NCBI GenBank assembly: GCA_963745035.1
Contig: CAVUVW010000013.1
Coordinates: 1,902,398 to 1,966,397 of the forward strand
DNA length: 64,000 bases
Origin: an uncultured delta proteobacterium
Lineage (GTDB): Bacteria; Desulfobacterota; Binatia; UBA9968
Reading direction: 5' to 3'
Shown here: positions 63,523 through 64,000 of the stretch, one piece after another
Layout: each line of letters begins with the position of its first letter
How positions within the stretch are numbered: position 1 is the stretch's first letter
The notes under the pieces: model-generated
What the model was told of the DNA's origin: nothing
Database searches by the model: none
The model's input: only the letters and a program-made list of their open reading frames with translations
Position numbers and translations under genes: made by a program

Positions 63523-63752
63523 CACGTGAATGTCCAAACGGGGACCGTGGCAGAAATGAGATTTGCGCGCGCGTTGCTGCCAATCGCGGGGCGACCGATC
63601 TGCACAGGCTTTGGGATGGGTTGATCACGTCGAACAACAACGTGGGGCAGCTTTCCAGAATCGCAACTGCCCTAATGGCGAAGTTCTCCAGAGTCGGGCT
63701 CCGTGAACTGGAGCACACAACTCCGGAAGCGTGGGCCAAAGAAAGCTCACGA
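63523..63752 (+). pseudogene. S1/P1 nuclease C-terminal remnant
   Basis: NGDRGRNEIC...DLHRLWDGLIT...EAWAKES; homologous to 61022-61190. Confidence 0.75.
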
Positions 63753-63759
63753 AGCGTCC

Positions 63760-63957
63760 GAGAGACAGATCAAAAAGCTCCGTCTTAGGCACTACGAGAT
63801 CGTAATTCGATATCTGCAAGGGCAGAAGCTTACACAGATAGCCAGGGACATGGAACTGGACGTTGCGTGGGTGAGTATTGTGGTGAATTCGCCAATCTTC
63901 CAGGAGGAGATTGAGCGAAGGTTGAATAGCGACGACCAGAAGGTCATGGAGAACTAA
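63760..63957 (+). CDS. Phage-type HTH protein fragment joined to the nuclease remnant
   Basis: QIKKLRLRHYEIV..YLQG.K..QIARDM....WVSIVVNSPIFQEEI. Confidence 0.45.
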   Translation, partial: ERQIKKLRLRHYEIVIRYLQGQKLTQIARDMELDVAWVSIVVNSPIFQEEIERRLNSDDQKVMEN

Positions 63958-64000
63958 GAGGGGAGCGGGAGCGGGAACTGGAAGCCCTGGCGCGGGCGAT

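Overview
Bacterial chromosomal DNA in two parts. Gene order ispE-spoVG-tRNA-Gln-prs-rplY-pth-rpsF-rpsR-yybS-rplI, many NMT1/SsuA-type binding proteins and TTCAA/TTGAA intergenic repeats suggest a deltaproteobacteria-like lineage, plausibly Candidatus Binatia (inference only). Positions 1 to about 28 kb are GC-rich core genome: aldehyde:ferredoxin oxidoreductase, lsrF plus a Zn-dehydrogenase, a translation cluster, suhB, two tRNAs, an aromatic-acid operon (heme-oxygenase-like diiron protein, cupin dioxygenase, PhtD-like protein, UbiD) and a stress locus (usp-usp-ackA with a sigma54 site, an RpoD paralogue, HPF-CSD). From about 28 to 64 kb is a visibly less GC-rich mosaic of cargo genes and pseudogenes with no intact integrase. 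The most striking signal there is non-coding. (i) A 76-nt non-canonical tRNA-Gly-like cloverleaf at 56.9 kb is followed by three 3'-partial copies that bracket single-gene units (lipoprotein, diiron enzyme, TIR-wHTH). (ii) Four co-oriented tRNA-Phe anticodon-arm cores (GAGGA-N7-TYCTC, variable N7) with arm-like repeats and remnants of a terminase-small-subunit-like gene divide 36-50 kb into modules. An ssrA att remnant, an IS110 fragment, three S1/P1 nuclease remnants and a DnaA-box cluster are also present. Several genes carry single-base insertions that look like long-read errors. All alignments were made by eye.
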